The notes under the pieces: model-generated | Seen by the model: only the letters and a program-made list of their open reading frames with translations | The model's database searches: none | Told to the model about the DNA's origin: nothing | Position numbers and translations under genes: made by a program | Source of the DNA: a virus | Taxonomy: Duplodnaviria > Caudoviricetes | DNA length: 64,000 bases | Reading direction: 5' to 3' (one strand) | IMG/VR virus record: IMGVR_UViG_2706795039_000001 | Location: 1 to 64,000 of that record | Shown here: positions 17,726 to 26,903 of the stretch, one piece after another | Layout: each line of letters begins with the position of its first letter | How positions within the stretch are numbered: the stretch's first letter is position 1

Positions 17726-17790
17726 GTTATTTCCTTCTGTCTCTTCAAATTTATAAAACAATTATAAAGCAAAACAAGCTGTGTAGCAAA

Positions 17791-18264
17791 TCACTTTTTT
17801 ATAAAAAGTGTTACTTCAATGCCAAAATCCGCTTCTAGCTCCTTGATGAACTGCTCAACAATCTTCCAGTCCCCACCGGCTAGACCACAGCCGATTAGTG
17901 GAATCCCTAACGTTTTTAGCCTGTTAGCAACCATATCTTCCATTACCCTTGCCATACCTTTTCGTAACGCCCCATAATCAGTGTTACGTCCTGGAACCAC
18001 TTGATATTTTTGCCAATGGTATTGGCCATAAACATTATACACCCTAGCACCTGACTTGGCATTAGCATAAGTAAAAGTACCCATCTTGCTTCTATTACCC
18101 TCACCAGAAGCATAGTCCGCTTCCCGGAGACCCGGCACGACTGCTGCAAGCAGCGGAGCAATGCCGCGACCCATCCTAGCAAAGCAATTACACTGGTGGG
18201 CATATGCATCCAGGTGTTCTGCACTTTGCAGGTGCAGAACCATGTCTTTATACACAGTTTTCAC
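17791..18264 (-). CDS. Macrodomain protein (ADP-ribose binding/hydrolase)
   Basis: HQCNCF..MGRGIA and P.IGCGLAGGDW motifs. Confidence 0.9.
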   Translation of the reverse strand: MKTVYKDMVLHLQSAEHLDAYAHQCNCFARMGRGIAPLLAAVVPGLREADYASGEGNRSKMGTFTYANAKSGARVYNVYGQYHWQKYQVVPGRNTDYGALRKGMARVMEDMVANRLKTLGIPLIGCGLAGGDWKIVEQFIKELEADFGIEVTLFIKK

Positions 18265-19170
18265 TTATTTAGCTCTCCGAAAAGGATACAAACTAACTTC
18301 TTGACTGGTCACATAACTACCTACTAGGTTGCCAGTGTAGATATGGTCAATATGACCCTCAAATACTCCCAGCCCCTTAGAAAAGATGCCGTGGCTTACA
18401 TACAAAGCAATCTTCTCGAACCCACGTTCCCGTAGTGCTTCTGCGATACCTACGAAAGTTGCTCCGCCATCACAAATATCATCTACAATAAGAACTGACT
18501 TGGTTGATACTTCTTTAGGCAGTAGCTCACTCTTCACAATCCGACCAGTTTGCACATCACGAATTTTGATTGCCTGAACGTAATCTACATTTAGGTCTTT
18601 GGCAACTTCTTCGATCTTCTTAGCTGCTCCAAGATCCGGAGCACATAGTACGAAGTCAGAGCCTAGGGCTTGACGAATTTGTCCCATAACCCAACGTACC
18701 CCGTGATTTTGCTTGAGTACGCTCACATTATTGATTAACCCTTCCACAACATCTGAATGAGGGTCTAGCACGGTCACTTTTGAGAAACCCATTGAGTTAA
18801 TAAAGCTGGCCACAACCTTTAGGTTGTGAGAACCACCTTGCTCAAAACGTCTATCAGCTCGTGCATCAGGAATGTATGGCAAAAACACGTTAACTGGTGC
18901 AGGGGAGTGGTTACTTTCCCTTACTAGAGCATCAATAGCTTCTTTAATAAGAGCCAAGAGCACTAGGTCTTTGTGTGCATCTATAATTCGGAAATCAACT
19001 GAGATGTAGCTTATCTGGTTGAAGTTATGTAGTCCAGGTTGTGGGTCTAATACTACTGAACGACAACCATCTGAGAAGTTGATGACCTTTACCCCAATCT
19101 CAGACGACTCATATTGCTTGATACCTACCTCACGGTAGCCATACGCAGAGATTCTAATAAAATTTTCCAT
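18265..19170 (-). CDS. prs: Ribose-phosphate pyrophosphokinase family protein (Prs / Adps-like)
   Basis: FSDG, PYIPDARADRR, DPHS, APDLGA, IVDDICDGGATF, SHGIFSKG; likely ATG 19170. Confidence 0.9.
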   Translation of the reverse strand: MENFIRISAYGYREVGIKQYESSEIGVKVINFSDGCRSVVLDPQPGLHNFNQISYISVDFRIIDAHKDLVLLALIKEAIDALVRESNHSPAPVNVFLPYIPDARADRRFEQGGSHNLKVVASFINSMGFSKVTVLDPHSDVVEGLINNVSVLKQNHGVRWVMGQIRQALGSDFVLCAPDLGAAKKIEEVAKDLNVDYVQAIKIRDVQTGRIVKSELLPKEVSTKSVLIVDDICDGGATFVGIAEALRERGFEKIALYVSHGIFSKGLGVFEGHIDHIYTGNLVGSYVTSQEVSLYPFRRAK

Positions 19171-19177
19171 AAGGTGT

Positions 19178-19242
19178 TCCTCTTCATTCAATTTATAAAC
19201 ATATTATAAAAGAAAAAGGGTTGCTAAGCAACCCTTAATTTT
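19178..19242 (-). promoter_or_regulatory. Fused terminator/early promoter
   Basis: Near-identical to 15323-15387. Confidence 0.8.
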
Positions 19243-19243
19243 A

Positions 19244-19705
19244 CTAAAAATTGTACCCAACGGCTAAACTAATAAACGTACCCCCGAAGACTAGAGTAGG
19301 CTTCCAATTACCAATCGAGTAGGAGGCTGTGGGTACTACTGCTAAACAAATTTCCTTATAACAGGGAAGTATGTCCATAAGCTCCCCTTCCCTATATCCA
19401 GACACTGCTCCAACCATTGCCCCTAGCTCTACTCCAGAATTGCTGGTACTAAACTTTTTAGCTGCTAGGAAGGAGTCTCTATAGTAGCTGTTCTCAAAGT
19501 ACCCTACAACATAATTGGATTCTGTAGTGTACAGAACTGTAGGGTTTAGGTTATTGTATTTCTCGTTGCTACTAAAGTGGTAACTAATACTACCCATTGT
19601 GATCTCGCTAGCAGTAGCTTTAGCAGAACCAAATACTAGGAACCCTACTAGAAATGATACCAAATACAGAAGTACAGATAGAATCACTAGGTTCGTTTTA
19701 TTCAT
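19244..19705 (-). CDS. Putative small outer-membrane beta-barrel (PagP-like)
   Basis: Hydrophobic N-terminal signal/anchor, SYH..N..NP, GYFENS, GAVSGY, C-terminal VGYNF. Confidence 0.5.
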   Translation of the reverse strand: MNKTNLVILSVLLYLVSFLVGFLVFGSAKATASEITMGSISYHFSSNEKYNNLNPTVLYTTESNYVVGYFENSYYRDSFLAAKKFSTSNSGVELGAMVGAVSGYREGELMDILPCYKEICLAVVPTASYSIGNWKPTLVFGGTFISLAVGYNF

Positions 19706-19715
19706 ACTCTAGCCT

Positions 19716-20330
19716 CTAAAATACATTAATACCGAAGGTAAGTATTGCAAGGAGGTACAACACGTATGGGAACCACATCATAAATGATTGGAAGTCATAC
19801 GCCTGCTTAAACGAGATATAGACTGGGTACTTTTTAGTAGTAGTACCAAAGATTCTACTTACTTTTGTAGCCTCTTCGTAATGGTCTATAGAGACCTTAT
19901 TTACCAGTGCTCGTGTTGCAACACCTCCAATTATGATGAACAGTAGAAAAGACACCCATGCCTGAATATCTTCTCCTAGTACTTTCCACATCACAATACC
20001 TACAGTTAGTTTGCCAGCAGGGGTTGCTATAAACTCATTGGTCGCCACACCAAGCTCCCGTGCAGCCACTCCGAGAGCCTCTGCAAAGCCCTTAGAAGCT
20101 TCAGCGTACTTTGAGATCTTTTCTACAGTAACATCCGTTTGTGGTGTTTCAGGTGAGCTTAGTTTTGCTTGCTCACAAGCCACGATCATAGTTTGCTTAG
20201 TCTGTGCATCTAGGCCAGAGATTCCGTTGATTCTGGTAGCACACCCGCCCTGATTGGTGTTAGCCATAGCCAACCCGCTAGAGATAACTAAAGTAACCGC
20301 CAGAATAACTTTTGATAATACTTTCATCAC
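19716..20330 (-). CDS. Membrane protein with signal peptide
   Basis: Signal peptide, 2-3 TMs. Confidence 0.75.
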   Translation of the reverse strand: MMKVLSKVILAVTLVISSGLAMANTNQGGCATRINGISGLDAQTKQTMIVACEQAKLSSPETPQTDVTVEKISKYAEASKGFAEALGVAARELGVATNEFIATPAGKLTVGIVMWKVLGEDIQAWVSFLLFIIIGGVATRALVNKVSIDHYEEATKVSRIFGTTTKKYPVYISFKQAYDFQSFMMWFPYVLYLLAILTFGINVF

Positions 20331-20343
20331 TTAGGTTCCTATA

Positions 20344-20925
20344 TTAATCACAAGAGCTGGAAGAAGAACTAGATGAGCTTCCAGAGTCATAAGAGCTAGA
20401 GCTGCTAGATTCGTGTGAATCAGAGCAGTCACTTCGATCCTTGTACGAGTAATGGCTATGGGAGTGAATCAATTCTTGTTCTATCACATTCCCTCTGTAG
20501 TCGTGACGACGGTGTGCTCCCCCACTACTACGCCCTGAAGAGGTGCTGCGACGTGCAAACATATCGCTTCGCAAACCGCCCCCATCAGGCTGTCGTCTTG
20601 CTGCTGCAGCGTCCCTGCGCTTCTGCTCCAGTTTTTCACGCCAAACAGCTTCAGGGATGACAGAGTACGTTTTAGTTTTACTACAGTACTCTGTCCTGGC
20701 TCCCATACCTAGGTCAACTCCAACAAGTCCTATCGCTGGAGTTACTTCCCGTTTACCCTGACGAGGTCTATCAATGGACACTTGAAAGTAAAACGCCCAA
20801 GTTTCTGTGCTTGAATCAAAATACTGCCACTCGCCTTCTGCGAGCCTTACTTGGGTAATGTTCTCTTGCTTGAAGACATGAGCGCTACCAAAAAGCTGCA
20901 ACATTAATTTTCTAAACATGTTCAT
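20344..20925 (-). CDS. Hypothetical protein with Ser-rich tail
   Basis: C-terminal SSSSSYDSGSSSSSSSSCD. Confidence 0.7.
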   Translation of the reverse strand: MNMFRKLMLQLFGSAHVFKQENITQVRLAEGEWQYFDSSTETWAFYFQVSIDRPRQGKREVTPAIGLVGVDLGMGARTEYCSKTKTYSVIPEAVWREKLEQKRRDAAAARRQPDGGGLRSDMFARRSTSSGRSSGGAHRRHDYRGNVIEQELIHSHSHYSYKDRSDCSDSHESSSSSSYDSGSSSSSSSSSCD

Positions 20926-20929
20926 AGAA

Positions 20930-21040
20930 TTAGTCCTTTTTATGGTGATCTTCTATTTCTAGATCTGTTACTTTCAACATACGATTAACTGCTACTTCCA
21001 GTGGTACAATTTTCCCTAGACTATCAAAGCCCACATCCAT
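20930..21040 (-). pseudogene. C-terminal remnant of a probable metallophosphoesterase gene
   Basis: (RS)MDVGFDSLGKIVPLEVAV...EDHHKKD in a frame shifted from the ligase. Confidence 0.5.
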
Positions 21041-21513
21041 AGACCTTCTTCCTCCTCCACAACATGTGGGTCTGACTTATCGCAGACCTCAAACATGTAG
21101 GTTACCCCATACTGTAGGGGTATAGTCTCAACTTCACGATATTTCTTCTCTAGTAGCTTTGATAACTCAGAGTCTAGAGTGCCGGTTGTGCTAAATAGCA
21201 TCCCGTATTTTTCTGTATTAGTAACACAGCCTAGGAAACCATTTACTTTGTAAACCACACGAACTAAGCATTGTGGATGTAGTTCCTTGCCAGCCCCCTG
21301 CTCTAAGTAGTTAAACACCTTTGCAAATGGGTTTACTACTACGTTCCAGTCTGCATCTACTACTCGACCACGGCATTCTAGTAGACGTGGGTCAGTATTC
21401 CATAAAGACTTGAAGAATACTTCTTTTGAGTACTTCAGTACTTTTAACCCGTTTGGGTATTCTTTTGCTACCACTAGGCCAGCGTCAATTAAGTCTTGAA
21501 CATTAAATTTCAT
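21016..21513 (-). pseudogene. Truncated Rnl1-like RNA ligase (N-terminal half)
   Basis: LKY, ECRG, PFAKVFNY, motif I KVNG, TTGTL, FE; stops before motifs IV/V. Confidence 0.7.
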
Positions 21514-21587
21514 TATCAGTCCCCTATCAACTTTATGCAAGTATTATATAATAAAAAAGGCTTGCATAGCAAGCCTTAAAATACGAA

Positions 21588-22331
21588 TTAAACTAGTTTG
21601 TATCTGTTTGCTTTACCAGCCAGCGGGTCTAGAACTACCTTATGAGTCACGAACTCTTTAGTTTCTCGATTAAACTCTAGAATAGTAAGCCCATACACTT
21701 CGTCTCCACAGTCAAATACGCCACCCGTATCAAACCAGATTTGGTTCTGAATTTTAGTAATGGTTTCTTTGACAGTATGCCCATGTAAGGTAAAATCCGC
21801 CCCAACTACTGGGAGTCTAGCTTCTGCTTCAATAGCACGTCTACCCCAGATTGCATGCTGGTCTAACGCATGGTTATTACCCGCCACCCGTTTGTATGTC
21901 TCGAAGTCCCCATTAGGTACTTCAGCGTGTACCACAGCAATTTTAGTGTTTTCTACTTGAACTTCTAGGTAGTAAGGGAAATTGATGTTCATTTGGCGTA
22001 CCAGACCATCAATCATCACCGTAGGATAGTCATCCGCCCAAGCCCCACCGTTCATTCGCCACATTGCGTAGTTACGACGATCTTTGCCTAGGACGGCATC
22101 AATAGCCATTTGCTCGTGATTCCCACGCACAGCGTAAGCATTATCCGCTAGTAGGAAGAAATTGACAACCTCTAGGTTCTTATCCCCACGGTCAATCATA
22201 TCTCCTGCACAAACTATAGCATCACGGTAATTGAAACCAACTTCATTGAGGAAGAAATTGAGTTTGTCCCACTCACCATGTACATCTGTGCAAAAGTAAA
22301 TATTTCTACGGTCTGTTAAGTCGATCTTCAT
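21588..22331 (-). CDS. Ser/Thr protein phosphatase (PphA / lambda NinI family)
   Basis: DVHG, GDMIDRG, RGNHE, HGHT, DTG. Confidence 0.9.
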   Translation of the reverse strand: MKIDLTDRRNIYFCTDVHGEWDKLNFFLNEVGFNYRDAIVCAGDMIDRGDKNLEVVNFFLLADNAYAVRGNHEQMAIDAVLGKDRRNYAMWRMNGGAWADDYPTVMIDGLVRQMNINFPYYLEVQVENTKIAVVHAEVPNGDFETYKRVAGNNHALDQHAIWGRRAIEAEARLPVVGADFTLHGHTVKETITKIQNQIWFDTGGVFDCGDEVYGLTILEFNRETKEFVTHKVVLDPLAGKANRYKLV

Positions 22332-22414
22332 GTGCTGTGCCTCTTTTTTTTTTCAATTTGTATGATAATTATACAACAAAAAAGGCTTGCATAGCAAGCC
22401 CTTTATTTAATAAT

Positions 22415-22819
22415 CTACTTTTTACCCTGCATCTTTGAGACGATCTCTCCAGCTTCTTTCTCCAGAACTTCAACCACCTTGTCAATGGCTTCTTCTAGAG
22501 GGATAGACTGAGAAAGTTGCAGACCTGAGTACACGATGCCCGCTTTTGCTACTTCACGCACATTCTCGTTTTCAACACCGCGAAGTTCGATGATCAACTG
22601 AACCAGTTGAGCACAGAAGACGTCTGAAACCGCAGATTTCAACGCTACGTCTACTGGATTTTCCATCTTGAAAATCTTCATGCCTAGCTTTTGCACGAAA
22701 GTTGGCTGGAACATCAAGTTAAGCAGTGGGCGGCACGCTTCCTTGATTACTTTGTTTGATGCACGGCCAGCGTTTAGATAGCCTACTTCTTTTAGAGCAT
22801 CTTTGTTTACATTGATCAT
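22415..22819 (-). CDS. Hypothetical protein
   Basis: ORF. Confidence 0.75.
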   Translation of the reverse strand: MINVNKDALKEVGYLNAGRASNKVIKEACRPLLNLMFQPTFVQKLGMKIFKMENPVDVALKSAVSDVFCAQLVQLIIELRGVENENVREVAKAGIVYSGLQLSQSIPLEEAIDKVVEVLEKEAGEIVSKMQGKK

Positions 22820-22827
22820 GTTTGTTG

Positions 22828-23337
22828 CTACTGATTTTTCATTTCTTCTGTCTCTTCTGTAGTTTGTTTGATTGGGCTGCCTGTTAGCGGCTGTTCAGGT
22901 TTTGACACCTTAGTGATGTTTTGTGCAAAATAGTCTACTTCTTCAGCCGACTTGCTGATTGGCTCCTTAGTAGTGTTTATTAGATGCACTAGCTCATTGT
23001 ATGCACGAAGCATGCCATCCGTAGTCAAGGAGTTAGGGAACACTGGCATTAGGTTGTAAATACTAACTGCGTAAGACTTCATATCAACTAGACTTACAAC
23101 TGTAGCGCGATTTCCATCCCTGCTAGTAGGGATGCATAGCACTGGGTCTTCCTCTTCGTCTATATGCATAAAGAGGACTTTACCCCTACTGCTTGTGTTT
23201 GTGAAGCCAGCCCAGTAGTCAAACCTTTGTGGGTATGAAAACCCGTGTTTTGATGGGGCTGTTTTAGCCCATCTGTAGAAATCAGAATCTGTCCACAGAT
23301 TAGTAGGTGCTGTGATAGACGCAGCTATCTTTTCCAT
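22828..23337 (-). CDS. Hypothetical protein
   Basis: ORF. Confidence 0.7.
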   Translation of the reverse strand: MEKIAASITAPTNLWTDSDFYRWAKTAPSKHGFSYPQRFDYWAGFTNTSSRGKVLFMHIDEEEDPVLCIPTSRDGNRATVVSLVDMKSYAVSIYNLMPVFPNSLTTDGMLRAYNELVHLINTTKEPISKSAEEVDYFAQNITKVSKPEQPLTGSPIKQTTEETEEMKNQ

Positions 23338-23416
23338 ACTCTGTCAAAGTCGGCTAGGATGCTGTTCGTCAGATATAACGCGCGCTTCCTCATTTCTACG
23401 TTAGTTACTGTATTAC

Positions 23417-23791
23417 TCAATTTCTTTTTTCCTTCTTCTCTAAAAAATCTGAGATTATTTTATCAGATTCTATAGGCTCACGCAAAACAAAAAATATATT
23501 TTTTGCGTTTGGGAACGCATCAGAGAATGACCAGACATTTGTATTAAATACTAAAGTTACTTTATCTGGATTTAGCTCTGCTAGGCACTGACGGTAGTAA
23601 ACCTCTTCTAGTTGTGGTCGCTCCCACAGTATTGAGGATACTAACGCCTCTCTGTAGCACAAAGTATCTAGCTGGTTAGCAATATCTCTAGCAAGGGCTA
23701 TTCTTGTAAATGCAAAGAATAGTAGCCCTACTAGCACAGCAACTGATGCAGCCCAGCCAAGATCGATTTTAAGATTCAAGGAACCTTTCAT
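23417..23791 (-). CDS. Membrane-anchored hypothetical protein
   Basis: N-terminal TM; GGAGG SD. Confidence 0.7.
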   Translation of the reverse strand: MKGSLNLKIDLGWAASVAVLVGLLFFAFTRIALARDIANQLDTLCYREALVSSILWERPQLEEVYYRQCLAELNPDKVTLVFNTNVWSFSDAFPNAKNIFFVLREPIESDKIISDFLEKKEKRN

Positions 23792-23974
23792 ATATTTATT
23801 TTAGTCCTCCAGCTCTGCTTCGTCTTTACACTTATAGGATAGTTCTCTTTCACACTGTACTCCGTCCCTGTACCCCTGGGAATAGGCTCTACAGTACGTG
23901 GCTAATAACGCCATGAAAACAAGGATTATAAGTATTAGGCAAGCTATTCCAACCCATGACATGACCTACACCGC

Positions 23975-24205
23975 TTACGCTTTATTTAAAGTACAGAAGG
24001 TAACACAAGCGTAATACAATGTAGCCTGATTGATGGCAGTTCTTTCCCACGAGTCTGGGATTAGCCAATGCCACTTTCCTTCCAACAATTGTTCTGCGAC
24101 AAGAATAATGTTGTCTCTATGTGTAGACTCCAAAAATTCCGCCACTTGTTTTGCATCAAGAGTTATTGGGTTTTTTACCAAACCTACCTGCTCGTTCATA
24201 AACAA
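23975..24205 (-). CDS. Hypothetical protein
   Basis: AAGGAG SD. Confidence 0.65.
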   Translation of the reverse strand: MFMNEQVGLVKNPITLDAKQVAEFLESTHRDNIILVAEQLLEGKWHWLIPDSWERTAINQATLYYACVTFCTLNKA

Positions 24206-24306
24206 CGGTCTCCTTTCTGCTTTTTCTCGCCTCTATAGTTCTCAGGGTGAGCTGCTGAGTAGAGGTAGCCTCAGCAGACCCTTGCTTGTTTAGTTTTGGT
24301 ATGTAA

Positions 24307-24687
24307 CTAATTGTTGATATTACTAACAATCCAATTAAGAATAGTCTCACGTTTAGCTACTTTCCCCGTCTTGTTAAATGCTATCAAAACCCATTCTCGG
24401 CAATGACGAGCACCGCCAAAACGATACACAGTACCAAAGAACTCTTCTCTAGATAGAGTCTCAACTACCGGCTGTTTAGCAAAATCAACGGTACCAAACA
24501 CCTGTTTTACTGACTTGCGGAAGGTATTATTAGATACCGTGATTCCTAGCAAATCCGAAATGAAGGCTTTATCTAACCAGCCGCTGCTAGTAAGGTAAGC
24601 CTCCTGGATATGAGGCGGAAAGGTCATTTCATGACCCAAGTAGGGCTTGATATTGTCTTCAAGGAACTTTTCTACTACGTTCGCCAT
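24307..24687 (-). CDS. Hypothetical protein
   Basis: ORF. Confidence 0.7.
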   Translation of the reverse strand: MANVVEKFLEDNIKPYLGHEMTFPPHIQEAYLTSSGWLDKAFISDLLGITVSNNTFRKSVKQVFGTVDFAKQPVVETLSREEFFGTVYRFGGARHCREWVLIAFNKTGKVAKRETILNWIVSNINN

Positions 24688-24896
24688 CCAGATACCCCCT
24701 TGGTATCGTATTCATAATCTTGAAGCAACCTACTTGCTTCAATATAAGCGTTAACACATGAAATGTATATATACATTGACCCGACATTCCAGCTTAGCAA
24801 CTCTACTAATCCAAGGATAAACCAGCTAATTAGTAGTAGTCTATCCATTAATACCATTACAGGTATATACTTCTTACCGTACTTTTTGTTTGCCAC
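24675..24896 (-). CDS. Small membrane protein
   Basis: Hydrophobic core; overlaps neighbours. Confidence 0.5.
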   Translation of the reverse strand: MANKKYGKKYIPVMVLMDRLLLISWFILGLVELLSWNVGSMYIYISCVNAYIEASRLLQDYEYDTKGVSGWRT

Positions 24897-25176
24897 GGGA
24901 CTTCTCCATAGTACGAACCTTACGCTCAGCCATTACGAGCTTAGTACGAGTATCCAGAAGCTCTTTCTGAGCCTTGCGCAGCTCGTCTTCTAGGCTTGCG
25001 AACGCATTGCCACGCTCTTTGATTTGGTCGAACAAGATCCATAAAGCTGGTTTGGTAAACTTATTCAACTCTTGAGAGTGGTCTTGTAGGTTAAGCATTA
25101 GAGCTAGGGTATATACTAACTCTTCTTTGCTGTAGTCATGTTCTGAAACAATTACATCGTCTTTTTGTTTAGCCAT
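24874..25176 (-). CDS. Hypothetical protein with A2/D3-like helical module and coiled coil
   Basis: SKEELV..L..ML......LNKFTKPAL; first gene after promoter. Confidence 0.7.
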   Translation of the reverse strand: MAKQKDDVIVSEHDYSKEELVYTLALMLNLQDHSQELNKFTKPALWILFDQIKERGNAFASLEDELRKAQKELLDTRTKLVMAERKVRTMEKSRGKQKVR

Positions 25177-25244
25177 GTTTCTGTCCTTTCTTTTACTTTA
25201 GAAAACAATTATACCGAGTTTTTAGTTAAAAAGCAATTTCTAAA

Positions 25245-26285
25245 TTAAGAAAATAGCTCAATAAGTTGCTTTAAGCCTACGATGGTTAGCTTATTCCAGT
25301 CAACATCGCAGGTTAACTGAGACGAAATTGCATCAATATAAGGTTTTTTGAGTCTGCCAGAAGGCATCTCAATTACTACTTCTTGCTCTACCAGTGAAGG
25401 TAGGAACATACGTAACTTGACTAAATCTTCAGCAGTTAGCTTTAAGAGGTCGTCTAGCCCGTCAGAAAGACCAAACATATCTCGAATTTCTAGCAAGTAG
25501 TCAGCTTTGGTTGCTTTTTTCTTAGGGGCAGAAGTGGCTGTGCCAGATTTTTTGACTCCCATCTTCTTTTCAAGCTTAGCTCGCAACTTGATGGCTTCTT
25601 CTGAGTCTGGGTGTCTAGCCAGATTCAGTAGTTCTGCTGACTTAATACCAAAGTGGTCACACATTTGTCTGTAGAATCTATCGCCCATAAAAGGTGGCTC
25701 CCCTCGTTTTGTCCAGATACTGTAAGCGTCCCACTGAACCTTGCCTAGCTTGTGGGCATCTTTGTAGTGGATGTTTAACTCTTCAAACCACACATCTGTC
25801 ATGTGTCGTTTATCTACTATGTAGTAGAGTCGATAGACGTCCACAATAGTTAGCGTCGTAAACGACGCTGGTACATCCCAGTTAGCACCAGACTTCAACC
25901 AATCTGCTGTAGCGTTGGCGAAAGGTGTTCTAGTAGGTGGCTGATGGTACTTTTCCGGAGTTCTTGGTAGCTCACCAGAACGTAACAGGGACGCTATATG
26001 ATACTCACCACCAAAGCGGAACTCCGCCTCTTCCACCAGAGCCATAGTTAAGTCCCATAGCCATTGGTAGTTTAGTAGCCCTTCAATCACCCACTTAGTA
26101 CAAGGGTGATTGGGGTACGCTTCTTTATACTCAGAACCACTAGCATTGATAGGCACTGGATTGCCATAGTACATCAAAGCTGTGCAAAGCATTTGCACAC
26201 TCTCTTTCATTTGAGAGATTACATGTTTATCGCAATGATATTGCGCTGCTAGTTTTGGGTTTGTGTCTAGAACAAAAATATTCAC
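25245..26285 (-). CDS. Pyrimidine-dimer DNA glycosylase (DenV-like family) with C-terminal extension
   Basis: MNIFVLD..P..AAQYHCDKHV, E..QML, NHPCTKW, YR.YY..DK. Confidence 0.75.
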   Translation of the reverse strand: MNIFVLDTNPKLAAQYHCDKHVISQMKESVQMLCTALMYYGNPVPINASGSEYKEAYPNHPCTKWVIEGLLNYQWLWDLTMALVEEAEFRFGGEYHIASLLRSGELPRTPEKYHQPPTRTPFANATADWLKSGANWDVPASFTTLTIVDVYRLYYIVDKRHMTDVWFEELNIHYKDAHKLGKVQWDAYSIWTKRGEPPFMGDRFYRQMCDHFGIKSAELLNLARHPDSEEAIKLRAKLEKKMGVKKSGTATSAPKKKATKADYLLEIRDMFGLSDGLDDLLKLTAEDLVKLRMFLPSLVEQEVVIEMPSGRLKKPYIDAISSQLTCDVDWNKLTIVGLKQLIELFS

Positions 26286-26351
26286 TTAAAGTCTCCTTTA
26301 ATTTATAGACTTATTATAGCGAAATGTGTGCATTTTGGCAATATTTTATTT

Positions 26352-26816
26352 TTACCCGCCAGCCGCTAAGACCTCTAATACTTTTAAGTATTTTTCCACC
26401 TTACCATACTTCCTAGTAATCATAGACTGTCGCAGGTTGCAAAGTGCGTCACATCTTTTCACTATAGTTGCTAGACGATCTAGACTTACTCGTCTGATAT
26501 AAGTTTCGTATGGAACTTTATCAGATTTTGTCAGGTAATCTACTGACGTGGCAATTTCATCTCCAAAAGACTCACGAATATACTCTATGGTTACAGGAGT
26601 ATCTTCTACAATATCGTGTAACAAAGAAACTATCCTAGCTTTGAGAATATCGTTGATTCTGTATAGGTCTAGTGGCATCTGCCTCATCACCTCAGCTTCT
26701 ACTTCTAAAATATGTGCTGTAAAATAACACTTTCCAGCGTATTTTTGCCCTTTATGTTGCATTTTTGATAGCTGATAGGCTATTTCATATAGTTTTTCTA
26801 AGTCTTCTAGTAACAT
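26352..26816 (-). CDS. HD-domain hydrolase, SpoT/Mesh1-like
   Basis: H.GQ, Y..H, LLHDIVEDT, LTK, VK.CD...N. Confidence 0.8.
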   Translation of the reverse strand: MLLEDLEKLYEIAYQLSKMQHKGQKYAGKCYFTAHILEVEAEVMRQMPLDLYRINDILKARIVSLLHDIVEDTPVTIEYIRESFGDEIATSVDYLTKSDKVPYETYIRRVSLDRLATIVKRCDALCNLRQSMITRKYGKVEKYLKVLEVLAAGG

Positions 26817-26903
26817 AAATAATTCTCCTATTTAAAATCCTATTTTAACACATTTTATAGCCTATAGTCAAAAAGAAAAAGGAGCCAATTGGCTCCTTTA
26901 GTA

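Noticed and set aside
16112-19170. NARP2 / classical NadV-NMNAT salvage
   Set aside because: No NMN adenylyltransferase in the window; pairing with a Prs-like gene fits NARP1 better, though an NMNAT could lie outside the window
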